Shown: in pieces, positions 47,318-62,300 of the stretch
How the letters are laid out: every line of letters begins with the position of its first letter
Position numbering within the stretch: position 1 is the first letter of the stretch
DNA from: Macrostomum hystrix
Lineage: Eukaryota > Animalia > Platyhelminthes
Assembly (NCBI GenBank): GCA_950097015.1
Contig: CATNEN010000015.1
Coordinates: 992,001 to 1,056,000 of the forward strand
DNA: 64,000 nucleotides
Direction of reading: 5' to 3'
Notes under the pieces: model-generated
What the model saw: the letters and a program-made list of their open reading frames with translations, nothing else
What the model was told of the DNA's origin: nothing
Database searches by the model: none
Translations under genes and position numbers: made by a program

Positions 47318-50300
47318 GCAGACAGGAAAAGCCTGGAGCGAAGATCGACACAGATTGATAAAAAAACAGTTTTTCAGTATTCTCAGGCTCAAAGAAATGA
47401 GAATTTGTGCCAGACAGAGGGGGATAAAGGCCACTTTCTACTCGCTGCTGTCGGACTCCGAAAATCGTCCCGCAACGATTACTGGCGGCTGCTTAGGGAA
47501 GAGAAATACTGGTTAGCGGAAGCGCACGCGAGTTGGGTTGTTCTGAGCTGCTGCTGCTGCTGCTGCTGGTGTGTGTGTGTGTGTGTGTGACATGCCCCAG
47601 TTGTCAAATCTGCCATCTCAGCCCTGGGCTATCCCTGTCCGTTCTCTCTTTAGACAGCTGCTTTCAGAGCCTCCCGCCACAGCTTGCGGCCTGCGGTCTC
47701 CCCCAGCCCAGGCCTGGGGTACGGGCGAAGAATGGGAAAGAGGATTTGAATTGTGCGGACAGAGTGCCGCGGCGGGCCAAGCCGAGGGACCAAGCCAAGC
47801 GGGCGCGGATCGGAAAACAGGGGGGGCTGTGCCAGCATTTCAGAGGTGCAGAATCAGACTGGGAAGAGAGGGGAAACGGGCGCAGAGGGGGAGAGTGTTG
47901 GGAAGGGAAGGATAGCCGGCTCTGGAGCAGCCTGCATTCTCTGCCGATTTTCCCTGCTCAAACAGTTCTCCCTGGACGCTTGTCTTCTCAGTGCCTCGAT
48001 TTGTGGACTTTCCAGCGCGGCACCCACCCCACCGCAGCCGCCCCGGGCTCGGCTGTGCACTTTTGGCACAACAAAAGTCTCCCAGCCTCGTCGCCCTTTC
48101 TTATCTTCAGCGCCGAAAACTCGTCGCCTTCCTCCACCACCCTGGTCCCCACAATGCCTCATCCCCTAGAGGCAGTGGCTGCCAGTTTGCACTTTAGAGG
48201 CTTGCATCGGAGGTTGCCATGCAGTCCTTCCGTTGTCTGCGCTGAGTTACAAGGCAATAAGTGATAGCCGGCTGCAAACCAAATCGTAGGAACTTGCAGG
48301 GAAGTTTTGAGAACAGCTTTGCGATTAGCCATTGGGTGTGGGGGGGGGAAGGGACTGAGATTTCTTGAGCCGCTTCTCTCTTTGGAAAATTGCTTCTGAG
48401 TTAGTGGACAGGAGCTCAAAGCTGGCGGAAGTGAGCCCTGATCATCAAAGTGGGATGGACAGGGCGGCAGGAAGCCTATTACAGAGGCAAAGTCCTCCTC
48501 GCAGCGTCAGCTGCAAAGGCTACAGGCAGGGGAGCAGCCACCCACGCAGAGCTGGATGCGTCAGCGCCACTCGAGCAGACATCCGGGGATATCCCAGTGC
48601 GAACTCCATATTTGATTAACTCAGATGAGCGCTAGTATTTTTTAATCAAACATAATAATTATTAGCGAATGATCTGCACTGTGATCTTTGAGCCTGGTCG
48701 ACAACCGACACCTAAAGTAACATGCTGGGTGTCAAGATACATTAGACCCCCGAAACGAGACATCTTAAACATTAAAATCAATACACCCGAAACGACACAC
48801 CTTAGACCTCTGGAATGACACACCCTTAGACCTCTGGAATGACACACCTTTAGACCTCTGGAATGACACACCCTTAGACCTCTGGAATGACACCCTTAGA
48901 CCTCTGGAATGACACACCCTTTGATCTCTGAAATGAAGTTCCCTAAACCACTGCTCTGCAGCACTGCTTCAGCATATTTTACAAGAAGGACGGCCAAAGG
49001 CACTACGACCTCCGTGCCGAGTCTGAGGTCGAGTGCAACACATGGGTTGAGGCGGTCAGAAACGCCAGGTAAATATTACCTGGGCTTCGCTGCTGTCTTG
49101 TTTGTCTAATCTCTCTCACATTAGCCTAATTTTTAGGTTTTCTAAATTTAAATTGCTCCTAATTTTCAGCTACAGCCGGCTGGTTGAGCTGCATGAGCAG
49201 CTGGAGCAGAAGCACCTCCACCTGCTGCAGATCATGGAGTCGGAGCGCCAATCAAAATGGAACTATGTCAAGCAGGCCGAGGACATGACCAATCAGCTTC
49301 GCCGGCTCAGGCTGGAGGTGAGAGAGGTGAGTCAAACATTTCTCCCCTAAGTGGCGCTGTGCTCAGTGTACGGTGATTCATTTGCTAGCCGGGTTTTACA
49401 GCTACCTGGCATCAGCTGCACTTTCTCTTGATAATATATTTTGCTGCATATGCCATAATCGGAGGAAAGCTACAATGCGCTCTATTACCAAACTGTTGCT
49501 TGATTGCTGCTGTTGAATAACCAGCTGACCTAGACCGCTAATCCCCTGACTCCCACTTGCAGAGCCACCATCGCTATGCTGAATAGCAACTGCTGTGCCA
49601 CAGATTTCACGGCACTTATTCGTGTATACTATTTGCACTAACAGTAACACCTGTTTCTTATTATCGGCCTGACTAACATGAGGCGATGAAATTCCTCGAA
49701 GGTACCCCCGATGTCACACTTTCTCAAATGAGTTGTCAAATTGATCACCTGTCTCTAATGATTTCCCATGGCGAAAAGTGTCACACCCGGGACACTGTCG
49801 TGTTTCAGCCGGTCTCAAATTGAAAGAAGGCTGTGAACTGATGTTGTTGATTCAATCACTAACAACACTATTTAATTGTAGTCATTGTTCAAACACAAAC
49901 TTGGCTTTCACTAAAGCAACTAACAAACTAGTTCACGTGATTGATGCATTTGTTTTCACTAATATTTATTCATGCTTTATTTAATTGGCAACAGTTTATA
50001 CCGTCAAAATTTATTTTATTGAACAAACCTGCAATTTCATCATCTGATTCAGATTACTTTCTACTGTTAGACAGGTGTGTCAGGTGTAAGACAGGGCTGT
50101 CAGGTGTAAGACAGGGCTGTCAGGTGTAAGACAGGGCTGTCAGGTGTTAGACAGGGCTGTCAGGTGTTAGACAGGGCTGTCAGGTGTTAGACAGGGCTGT
50201 CAGGTGTAAGACAGGGCTGTCAGGTGTAAGACAGGGCTGTCAGGTGTAAGACAGGGCTGTCAGGTGTTAGACAGGTGCGTCAGGTGTTAGACAGGTGCGT

Positions 50301-53300
50301 CAGGTGTAAGACAGGGCTGTCAGGTGTAAGACAGGGCTGTCAGGTGTAAGACAGGGCTGTCAGGTGTAAGACAGGGCTGTCAGGTGTTAGACAGGTGCGT
50401 CAGGTGTAAGACAGGGCTGTCAGGTGTTAGACAGGGCTGTCAGGTGTAAGACAGGGCTGTCAGGTGTAAGACAGGGCTGTCAGGTGTTAGACAGGGCTGT
50501 CAGGTGTAAGACAGGGCTGTCAGGTGTTAGACAGGGCTGTCAGGTGTTAGACAGGGCTGTCAGGTGTTAGACAGGGCTGTCAGGTGTAAGACAGGGCTGT
50601 CAGGTGTAAGACAGAGCTGTCAGGTGTAAGACAGGGCTGTCAGGTGTTAGACAGGTGTGTCAGGTGTAAGACAGGGCTGTCAGGTGTTAGACAGGGCTGT
50701 CAGGTGTTATACAGGGCTGTCAGGTGTTAGACAGGGCTGTCAGGTGTTAGACAGGGCTGTCTCATTAGGGAGGGCTAATGTTACCTAATGTGATCAGCCA
50801 GTTGCTGCAACACGCTCAATGTTTTACATTTCTGGCTCAACTGACAAAGGCGCAATGCCCTGTGTCTGTGCCAGTGCAGTGGTGCCTAATTATCCCTCGT
50901 GTTGCTTCAGTTCCGCTCCCAAATCCCATCTCACCTGCAGCTGAAGGAGGTGCGCAAGGAGCAATCATCCAGCAAGGAGCCGACGGAGGAGACAGAGGAG
51001 CTGAAGAAGATTAAAAAGGTAATTTTTTGCTCCGTTGGTTTTCGCTGCCCTCTTACATTTTCGCTCTCTGGGTTGAGCTCAGCGCTGGGAAATTTTCTTG
51101 AGGGGTAAAATTGAGGAAAACCTCGCTATAGACACTTAGTTGCTGACAGCATGGTTTCGGCCATAGAACACGCGCAGAGACAATTTATTATTTTTTCTCA
51201 TGCCTCTTTTTGCACCTGAATTTGCTGCTGCCATTGATAACAAGTGTAACAAATGCTGCACTGTCTGAGAAACCCACTTCCAACATCTTTGCCATTGATA
51301 CCCAATTCATTATAACAACTGGCATGCCTGCCCTGAACAATGACTACTCACTGATGTCGTCTCATTATTGTTTCTTTTGAATTGGCCCTCCAAAAAGTAG
51401 CAAAATTAGTTAAGACTCCGATTAACGTGTCGCAACCTCGATGAAACTCATTTTGCATCGCGCGGAACATCGAATCTACTGATCCAATGACCCCACCACA
51501 TGACCCCCGTCACAATGACCAATACCCCAATGACCAGTGTCGCAATGACAAGTGTCCCAATGACCAGTGTCCCAATGACCATTATCCTAATGACCAGTGT
51601 CGCAATGACCAATACCCCAGTGATCATTGTCCTAATGATCAGTATCCCAATGACCAGTATCCCAATGACCAGTATCCCAATGACCAGTGTCGCAATGACC
51701 TGTATCCCAATGACCATGCAGTGTCTCAATGACCAGTGTCCCAATGACCCCTATCCACAAGACCTCTAATTGAACAGCACAATTGCACAATGTCATTCCG
51801 TTGCTACAATGGAATGCCATGGCCAGCCGCTCTGACAAGGTTAGCAAAGCCAACCAACTGAACTGCAACCTAATCTTTCCCTCCATCTTACCTGAGCAGC
51901 AAACTGTCATTTAGTTGGTGTGCTCCTGAAAACCTTTTTATTTTCATTGAACATTTTATTTTCATCCCTTGTCCTATTTAGCTAGCGAAAGATTAAACTG
52001 TACTTTTCTTTTGTTGACACCCGCATCGACTCAAAGAACTCTTCGCACCCCACTGATGCAGAACTAATGCTCTAATTACAGTGCTTTGCAGGACGATCCT
52101 TTTTTCACCTGCCTATTTATTTCCTACTATTTCAGGTCAGATGATCAATTCCCTGAAATTGCACCCAACACCCTACTGAGTATTGCATCATCAGTGCATG
52201 TGGCTGTGTTGGCAGCTGAGGTTGCGTCAGTTTTGCATGCTGTCTTGTTTTTTTCTTGGCCATTGTCTTTTCCTATCACGTGACCCGGCTTGGACCCGCG
52301 CACCGCTGTGCTACCGTAAGATTGCCCAGTTCGCAGGAGACGGCCCGGGACCACAAAGTCTCAGCTGCTTCTCTGTTTTACGGACACTCTTTTGAGTATC
52401 TTGTTTTGTTAATTTTCTTTCCACATTTTTGTTTCTTTGATTTTCTTCCTGCCGAGTTGCAGTAAACTAATATTGCATATAGCGCTTCTGAATCGTGTCT
52501 GTTTTAGTCTTTTGTCTCTGACTTTCTGTAATCAGTCTATCACAGTTTCTAGGCTGAAAGCTTTTTGTGCGGCTGGTTGTAATCCCGTCGATGTGGTTAG
52601 CTCGTATTTTCATTCTTAAAAGGAAAGGAAAGGAAGGAAATTCTTCCCAATTAGAAACCATCGCTTGATCTAGCGAAAGACATGGACAGGTAAAGTATAC
52701 ATTTAGGGGCCGCTTCAAAGTGTTTCTTGATGGCTAGTGAATGATTCCTTCTACTATGTACATTGGGAGCTAGAGTCGAATGTTTGGTGACAAAAAGGTT
52801 CATGCTGACTCTATGTACATTGGGGCAGGAATTCAACAGCTTGAGAGGGCTAGAGAAGGATTCCTGCCTCTATGTACATTTGGGGCAGGAATTAAACAAT
52901 TTGAGAGGGCTAGAGAAAGATTCCTGCCTCTATGTACATTGGGTGCAGGAATTAAACAATTTGAGAGGGCTAGAGAAAGATTCCTGCCTCTATGTACATT
53001 GGGGGCTAGAGTCGAATGTTTGGTGACAAAAAGGTTCATGCTGACTCTATGTACATTGGGGGCAGGAATTAAACAATTTGAGAGGGCTAGAGAAGGATTC
53101 CTGCCTCTATGTACACTGGGGGCAGGAATTAAACAATTCGAGAGGGCTAGAGAAAGATTCCTGCCTCTATGTACATTGGGGGCAGGAATTAAACAATTTG
53201 AGAGGGCTAGAGAAAGATTCCTGCCTCTATGTACATTGGGGGCTAGAGTCGAATGTTTGGTGACAAAAAGGTTCATGCTGACTCTATCTACATTGGGGGC

Positions 53301-56300
53301 AGGAATTAAACAATTTGAGAGGGCTAGAGAAGGATTCCTGCCTCTATGTACATTGGGGGCAGGAATTAAACAATTCGAGAGGGCTAGAGAAGGATTCCTG
53401 CCTCTATGTACATTGGGGGCAGGAATTAAACAATTTGAGAGGGCTAGAGAAAGATTCCTGCCTCTATGTACATTGGGGGCTAGAGTCGAATGTTTGGTGA
53501 CAAAAAGGTTCATGCTGACTCTATGTACATTGGGGGCAGGAATTAAACAATTTGAGAGGGCTAGAGAAGGATTCCTGCCTCTATGTACATTGGGGGCAGG
53601 AATTAAACAATTCGAGAGGGCTAGAGAAGGATTCCTGCCTCTATGTACATTGGGGGCAGGAATTAAACAATTTGAGAGGGCTAGAGAAGGATTCCTGCCT
53701 CTATCTACATTGGGGGGCAGGAATTAAACAATTTGAGAGGGCTAGAGAAGGATTCCTGCCTCTATGTACATTGGGGGCAGGAATTAAACAATTTGAGAGG
53801 GCTAGAGAAGGATTCCTGCCTCTATGTACATTGTGGGTAGGTTAAATGTTATTTGATTGTGATTTGTGACCGCTTCCTAACTTTAATTCAGTATATTTGG
53901 TGCAAAATTTGGAGAAAAATTCAGAGTAGATTAAGGCCACAGCAAACAGGTCCACAATGGGCCAATATGTTTTTCTCGCATGATCGCATCGTCAGTCCAA
54001 ATCTCTCTGTGAAATTCGATTTTTTCTAGGTAAGCTAATCCCCTTGTCAGCTGAGGCCAGGCCGATCAGATTGGTCGAATGTGTTTCTCAGAAAGGGGTG
54101 ACCAGCAGACCGCAATGGAGGTGATTAGAAGCTTTTGAAGAAGCCGATTCGAAAATAGGGAAAATTCAATTTAATTTTGGATTAAGTACACCAGACGGAC
54201 CAGCCCATCCCATTCCGTGCTGTGCCCGTGGCGGGAAAGCACCGAGTTCGCAGATATTTGTTAGGCCAATAATATTTGCCCACGTTGGTCGAGAGCGTCA
54301 CCGCAGGGAGGGGAAACCGGCTGTCGCTTCGCTACTCAGCATGCCGTGATCGGGGTGATAACGGGGCATGAGGGACATGAGGCAGAGTAGAGGGAACGGA
54401 CAGAAGACGTCCCCGGGACTGCTCATTCCCGGCCTTGCCCATGGGTCGCGAATTTAATTATTCCTAATGACGCTACAGCCTCAATTTTCGCATCCCACGC
54501 TCCTAGCCCCCTTCAGCCGCTGCTTAGGCCTGTCCTGTCCCTTCATGCTGCCCTTAATCCGCAGGTAGAAAGTGTAGCAAAAGACAGGTCGACATGACGC
54601 TTGAGGCGGGTGACGGGGCCGATGAAGAAGCACCTCGTGTTGCGAGATTAATTTTTCCTTGTTGTAATTTGCCAACTAGAAATTGCCGTTGAAACACGGC
54701 TTAGAAGATCAGAGCTGTTCCCGCATGGGGGAATTCAGGCAAGGTTTCGCTCCCAGCAAATAGTTGTCTGCATTGTCCGCTGCGCGAGGCATTCATTTTA
54801 ATCTGCATTGACGTACACATTCCCATTTGCGTGTTTTTCACTGACACAGTGATGTACTTGAAAAACTTGCGGTTTGCTTTTGAGCGATCAGGCTTGCTCG
54901 GAAGAGTGTAAAGTTGAGTAGGAAGGCCAGTTTACTTCAATCGAAGCTTTTTCAACTATTTTTTATTGTTATGCAAACACTGCACGAGAGACCTGTTAGC
55001 TTTCTGCTCAATAACATATTAGTACTTGTACTTAGAGCTTGCACTAACAGATACTTCAGTAGTCACTTGCACCAGCCTCAATTCACCTGGATAATATTTT
55101 GGTCAGTCAATTAAAAAAGCAAATTTTATCAATTGAATGAATTTCTCTGCATGAAAATCTATCAAACTGTCAGTTTTCTGCTAGAGAATGACTTGAATTT
55201 CTTGGTAGTTGAAACAGCTATTTAGCCTATCGAAAGTGTATATACCAAGCGTCTGCTTTTCCTGTGAGAATTTCAACCTATTTGATTCGATTGAAAATTG
55301 TAATGTATTCTGCTTAACTGGCTTTGACGTGAAACAACGATCCATCCGATTTTCCTTGAAACAAACCAATCGAAATATTTCTATTTTTGAGAAATTACCT
55401 GATTTAAACTAAAAGTTTTAAAGCTTACTTCAAGTGTGGCAGTTCTTTTAAGCAGAAGTGAGTTAATAGCCCAGTAATTTTATCCAAAATGTCTTGCTTG
55501 AATGTTTTTGTTTTATTATTGGCGGTGCTTGATCTCGCCGTGGCCTCCCGGAGCTGCTGTATTCTGTTAAAGTGCAGATTTCACAGGTGCAATCGTTCTT
55601 CCGCGGCTGGCTCTGCCGCCGGCGCTGGAAGCAGATCGTTGAGGAGTACATCCGCTCCGAGCACGCTGAGCACATGCGCAAGAGGAACGGCATCGTGTTC
55701 GGCCTGGTGGAGTGCGAGGAGGAGTACGTGCAGCAGATCAGCGTGCTGGTGTCCTGCTTCCTGCGGCCCTGCCGGATGGCCGCCTCGGCCAAGAAGCCCA
55801 TCATCACGCACGAGGATGTCAACTCGGTGTTTCTCAACGCGTGAGTGCTCGAGTGGCTTCGAGGACTGGCGATCAGAAAATAGCGTTGGGAATGGGGAAA
55901 GAGTGGCGAGGGTCAGGGATGCTTTTTCTGACCCTCGCCTCCGTGCGAAGAATTGGAGAGGCGGTCGCCGTGAAGGCTTGGCAGATTTGTGTGGGCACTG
56001 AAGGTGAGCAGGCCGTTCAAACAAAATTGAGCACGAAACTGCGGAACAAAGTCCCACGGGGGGAGCTGGAAACTCGCCGAGTGCATGCTCAGGACACTGC
56101 TCAATCATGTTTGCCAGCTTCTAGCGGTTGTCGGGAGACCATTTGTCAGCGATGAGTTTATTAGCAGCCGGGCATCCAGGCCAGTTTTGGGGCCTGGCAG
56201 GCTGAGCACTTTAGAGTGCGCGCCTCAAAGGGCAATAGTGAGAAAGCCATCAAATGCAAAGTGCCTGTCTGGATGTACTTTCAGCAAAAAAATCAAATGC

Positions 56301-59300
56301 CATTTGAAGGTCGGGCTTCGTTTTTAAGGAACAATTTAGATTGGGTTCGTGGCTCCCACCGATTCTGGACTAATCTGTATTGGCGGGTGTCTGGTGGCGG
56401 GTCAGCTGGGAGATCAGCTCTGATTAATTGGAACTGACTGACTGACCTGCCAGAAAGTTAACCCCACAGTTTGAGAAGAGACTCAAGATGAGAGAAGGGC
56501 CGTGAAACTATGATAGAAAATGAAGGATATAGTTTAAGGAGATAACACCCAAAGGCGGAAGAATATTAACAATTAAAGAGTCTGACATAGCAAATGCAGT
56601 GGGACATCATTGGGATTCACGGGGTAGAAAGAGACAAGGGGAGAAAGAGACAAGGGGAGAAATAGACAAGGGGAGACAGAGACAAGGGGAGAAAGATACA
56701 AGGGGAGACAGAGACAAGGGGAGAAAGATACAAGGGGAGACAGAGACAAGGGGAGACAGAGACAAGGGGAGAAAGAGACAAGGGGAGAAAGAGACAATGG
56801 GAGAAAGAGACAAAGGAAGACAGAGACAAGGGGAGAAAGAGACAAGGGGAGACAGAGACAAGGGGAGAAAGAGACAATGGGAGAAAGAGACAAGGGGAGA
56901 AAGATACAAGGGGAGACAGAGACAAGGGGAGAAAGATACAAGGGGAGACAGAGACAAGGGGAGACAGAGACAAGGGGAGAAAGAGAGAAGGGGAGACAGA
57001 GACAAGGGGAGAAAGAGACAAGGGGAGAAAGAGACAAGGGGAGAAAGAGACAATGGGAGAAAGAGACAAAGGAAGACAGAGACAAGGGGAGAAAGAGACA
57101 AGGGGAGACAGAGACAAGGGGAGAAAGAGACAATGGGAGAAAGAGACAAGGGGAGAAAGATACAAGGGGAGACAGAGACAAGGGGAGAAAGATACAAGGG
57201 GAGACAGAGACAAGGGGAGACAGAGACAAGGGGAGAAAGAGAGAAGGGGAGACAGAGACAAGGGGAGAAAGAGACAAGGGGAGAAAGATACAAGGGGAGA
57301 AAGAGACAAGGGGAGAAAGAGACAAGGGGAGAAAGAGACAAGGGGAGAAAGAGAGAAGGGGAGACAGAGACAAGGGGAGAAAGAGACAAGGGGAGAAAGA
57401 GACAAGGGGAGAAAGATACAAGGGGAGAAAGAGACAAGGGGAGAAAGAGACAAGGGGAGACAGAGACAAGTTGAGAAAGAGACAAGGGGAGAAAGAGACA
57501 AGGGGAGAAAGATACAAGGGGAGAAAGAGACAAGGGGAGACAGGGACAAGGGGAGACAGAGACAAGGGGAGAAAGATACAAGGGGAGAAAGAGACAAGAG
57601 GAGAAAGAGACAAGGGGAGAAAGATACAAGGGGAGAAAGAGACAAGGGGAGAAAGAGACAAGCGGAGACAGAGACAAGGGGAGAAAGAGACAAGGGGAGA
57701 AAGAGACAAGGGGAGAAAGAGACAATGGGAGAAAGAGACAAAGGAAGACAGAGACAAGGGGAGAAAGAGACAAGGGGAGACAGAGACAAGGGGAGAAAGA
57801 GACAATGGGAGAAAGAGACAAGGGGAGAAAGATACAAGGGGAGACAGAGACAAGGGGAGAAAGATACAAGGGGAGAAAGAGACAAGGGGAGAAAGAGACA
57901 AGGGGAGAAAGAGACAAGGGGAGACAGAGACAAGTTGAGAAAGAGACAAGGGGAGAAAGAGACAAGGGGAGAAAGATACAAGGGGAGAAAGAGACAAGGG
58001 GAGAAAGAGACAAGGGGAGAAAGAGACAAGGGGAGAAAGAGACAAGGGGAGAAAGAGACAAGGGGAGAAAGATACAAGGGGAGAAAGAGACAAGGGGAGA
58101 AAGAGACAAGGGGAGACAGGGACAAGGGGAGACAGAGACAAGGGGAGAAAGAGACAAGGGGAGAAAGATACAAGGGGAGAAAGAGACAAGGGGAGAAAGA
58201 GACAAGGGGAGACAGGGACAAGGGGAGACAGAGACAAGGGGAGAAAGAGACAAGGGGAGAAAGATACAAGGGGAGAAAGAGACAAGAGGAGAAAGAGACA
58301 AGGGGAGAAAGATACAAGGGGAGAAAGAGACAAGGGGAGAAAGAGACAAGGGGAGAAAGAGACAAGGGGAGAAAGATACAAGGGGAGACAGAGACAAGGG
58401 GAGAAAGAGACAAGGGGAGAAAGAGACAAGGGGAGAAAGATACAAGGGGAGAAAGAGACAAGGGGAGAAAGAGACAAGGGGAGAAAGATACAAGGGGAGA
58501 AAGAGACAAGGGGAGAAAGAGACAAGGGGAGACAGGGACAAGGGGAGAAAGAGACAAGGGGAGAAAGATACAAGGGGAGAAAGAGACAAGGGGGAGAAAG
58601 AGACAAGGGGAGAAAGAGACAAGGGGAGAAAGAGACAAGGGGAGAAAGATACAAGGGGAGACAGAGACAAGGGGAGAAAGAGACAAGGGGAGAAAGAGAC
58701 AAGGGGAGAAAGAGACAAGGGGAGAAAGATACAAGGGGAGAAAGAGACAAGGGGAGAAAGAGACAAGGGGAGAAAGAGACAAGGGGAGAAAGATACAAGG
58801 GGAGACAGAGACAAGGGGAGAAAGAGACAAGGGGAGAAAGAGACAAGGGGAGAAAGATACAAGGGGAGAAAGAGACAAGGGGAGAAAGAGACAAGGGGAG
58901 AAAGATACAAGGGGAGAAAGAGACAAGGGGAGAAAGAGACAAGGGGAGACAGGGACAAGGGGAGAAAGAGACAAGGGGAGAAAGATACAAGGGGAGAAAG
59001 AGACAAGGGGGAGAAAGAGACAAGCATGGGGAAATTAAACAAATGAATTCCCATGAAGCATCTAAGAGTTTGCAAGTTACATTTTGCCAAACAAGCCGTG
59101 ATCCAAACGTGGGCTCAACCCGACCCCATTGCAGCGAGACCCTGCTGTTCCTGCACCAGATCTTCCTGCAGGGCCTGAACAGCAAGATGGACAACTGGCC
59201 TACACTGCAGCTAGGCGACCTGTTTGACATGCTGCTGCCAATGCTGAGCATCTACCAGGAGTACGTGCGCAACCATCACTACAGCCTTCAGGTGCTGGCC

Positions 59301-62300
59301 GAGTACAAGCAGAAGCCAGAGTTCGCTGCCCTGCTCAAGCGCTACGAGGAGAAGCCGGTTTGCGAGGGCCGCAGCCTGGAGACCTTCCTGACCTACCCGA
59401 TGCACCAAATTCCGCGCTACATTGTCACCCTGCACGAGCTGCTGGCGCACACACCGCACGACCACGTGGACAGGCAGCAGCTGGAGTTCGCCAAGAGCAA
59501 GCTGGAGGACCTGTCACATGTGAGCCCTTCGTAAACAGGAATCCCACTCTAAATATCCCCATTCCAAATATCCCCATTCCAAATCCCCCCATTCCAAATA
59601 TCCCCATTCCAAATATCCCCATTCCAAAATATCCCCATTCCAAATGTCCCCATTCCAAATATCCCCATTCCAAATATCCCCATTCTAAATATCCCCATTC
59701 CAAATATCCCCATTCCAAATATCCCCATTCCAAATCCCCCCAATACCAAATATCCCCATTCCAAATCCCCCCAATACCAAATATCCCCATTCCAAATCCC
59801 CCCAATACCAAATATCCCCCATTCCAAATATTATCATTCCAAATATCCCCATTTCAAATATCCCAATTCCGAATATCCCCATTTCAAATACCTCTATTCC
59901 GAATATTTCTCATCATAAATACCCCACATTGGATTTCAGAATTTTTAGCATTTAGAGCTCATTTTCCTTAGATTTATTAAATTTAGAAATTAGATTTTTT
60001 AACAGGCGTTAGTTCCTACTGACCACAGTAGAGTGCTGCAACCGAGTCGCTATTCTCATGTGGCCAATTTGCTTTCAGGTGATGCACGACGAAGTGTCTG
60101 AGACGGAGAACATTCGCAAGAACCTGGCCATCGAGCGCCTGATAGTTGAAGGCTGCGACATCCTGCTGGACGTGAACCAGATCTTCGTGCGCCAGGGCTC
60201 CCTGGTGCAGATCATGGGCAATGACAAGGCCAAGAACAGCCGCGGCAGGTTGGGCTCCTTCAGCAGCACCTTCAGCAACAAGGACTCCAAGAAGGAGGCT
60301 ATGAGGCAGGTTTTTCTGTTCACCAATCATCTGATCCTCACTACCAGGGCTTCCAGCGGCCGGTTGCACCTGGTTAAGGTAATTATAAATTAACAGTTTG
60401 ATTTTGCCATGTTTCAGGGTTCGGGGCCGCTATAAAGAGTTTTAGGTCTGTGCCGGAGGTTTTTTGCTATTGCTTTTCGTTGTTCACTTGTTGTTGAAGT
60501 ATGAATTATGAATTATGATAAAGTGTTGAAAGTTTAGAAGTTTCGGATTGAGTAACGAAGTATAGAATGACGCGGCTTTCTATCGGGAAGTTCAACTGCT
60601 CTTGTCTGCAGAACTATGGCAAGCTGTCACTGTCCGACTGCACTCTCTCGGAGGACTGTACTTCCGACTTCTACTACTTCGATGACGATGGTGAGTGACA
60701 AGTTCTAGAGCACTGCCACAGATGAACAGGTGAACAAACTTTGCACCCGATTCATTGTCATTGTCGCAGCCCCGGACCCCAACCTGCTGAGCATCGAGCA
60801 GCCCAAGGACGGTCGCAACGCCACCCCGGATTTCAACGGCCTCGACTTCCGCCTGATCCTGCACACCAAGACCGGACCGCCCGTGACCATCACCCTGGTG
60901 GCCAACTCGGTGCAGGAGAAGGCCGCCTGGTGCTCCGACATCAACCAGGTTTGTACTTTTATGCCGGCGCATGTTGGCCTCGTTCACCAAATCAATGACG
61001 CAACTATTTTATCCGATTCGCAGTGCATCGAGCAGATTCACTACAGTGACTTGCTGAACAGCACCTTGGCTGAGACCAGCTCCGTGTCCATGCCGCACAC
61101 GATCAGGTGAGTTCGGAGTATTCGGAGTAACTCAGTGTGTGCAAATCACGGATTGAATCCCAGGCGACCACAGATATATATCCCATCGATGTACCAATGT
61201 GATTTCCTTATACGAGTACAAATAACAACCTCACATCCTCTTCAACCAATAGCACCTTCAGTTAATCCAAATTCTCTGCTAGCTTCATCATTTTTGGTTA
61301 GAATTAAAAGCAATTAAAAACATTTTTTAGCAACCATGGCATCACGAAGTTCATTAGTAACAAACTGATGAAGTAAGTAAACCCGTGTCCACCTAGACAT
61401 TGTGACCGGGACAAGCCGACGGTTTTCATGATTTTTAGTATTGTTTTCATTTTAATTGGCATGCACCTTGTAGAATTTAAGTGCATTATTTCAACTGTTA
61501 TTGATTCTGATTGATTTACAAGCTCTCAAAATGCGCATGAAAAGTCATAGTTTTTTTCTAATAATTAATATTTTTATCGAAGCAGGAACGATGTTCAAAT
61601 GTTCGTTTTACTTTTTTCTCTCCTTTAATAATATATACTTTTGCACAGAGGTTGCATTATCTAGCCTGTCACAGTTGCACTCATAAGTGAGGTTTGAGCC
61701 TCATGTTGGGCTCTAGTTAATGTACACCAGCTGTTCTGTTTTGTGCAATTGTTCGATTGGTATTTGATGCCTGTGAATGTCTTAGTCCCTGTTTTGCGCT
61801 AAATGATAAATTGGAGACAGTTCTTAGATTTTTCATTTTATTCTGTCGTTTAGAGTCATTGCTCTCAGTAAACATGTTGACTCATTGGTTTCCATCTTGT
61901 ACTAGCTAAGTTTTAGCTCAATACTAGCAAGTTTTGCCCCCCTTCGGGGAGCAGAAATATTTTTAATTCCTCTAGTATATACTTTTCAGCAGCGGTATTT
62001 TCCGATTTTTTAAAGCTACAATGATCCCCCAGTTGACAATGATCCCCCAGTTGACAATGATCCCCCAGTTGACAATGATCCCCCAGTTGACAATGATCCC
62101 CCAGTTGACAATGATCCCCCAGTTGACAATGATCCCCCAGTTGACAATGATCCCCCAGTTGACAATGATCCCCCAGTTGACAATGATCCCCCCAGTTGAC
62201 AATGATCCCCCAGTTGACAATGATCCCCCAGTTGACAATGATCCCCTAGTTGACAATGATCCCCCAGTTGACAATGATCCCCCCTTGACAATGATCCCCC

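Noticed and set aside
47037-48635. Many overlapping ORFs including a poly-Q
   Set aside because: GC-rich intronic sequence with no recognisable domain or consistent splice phases.
56573-59251. Giant ORFs of 661-892 aa on both strands
   Set aside because: They are translations of a 16-bp array lacking stops, inside a RasGRF intron with clean flanking splice sites.
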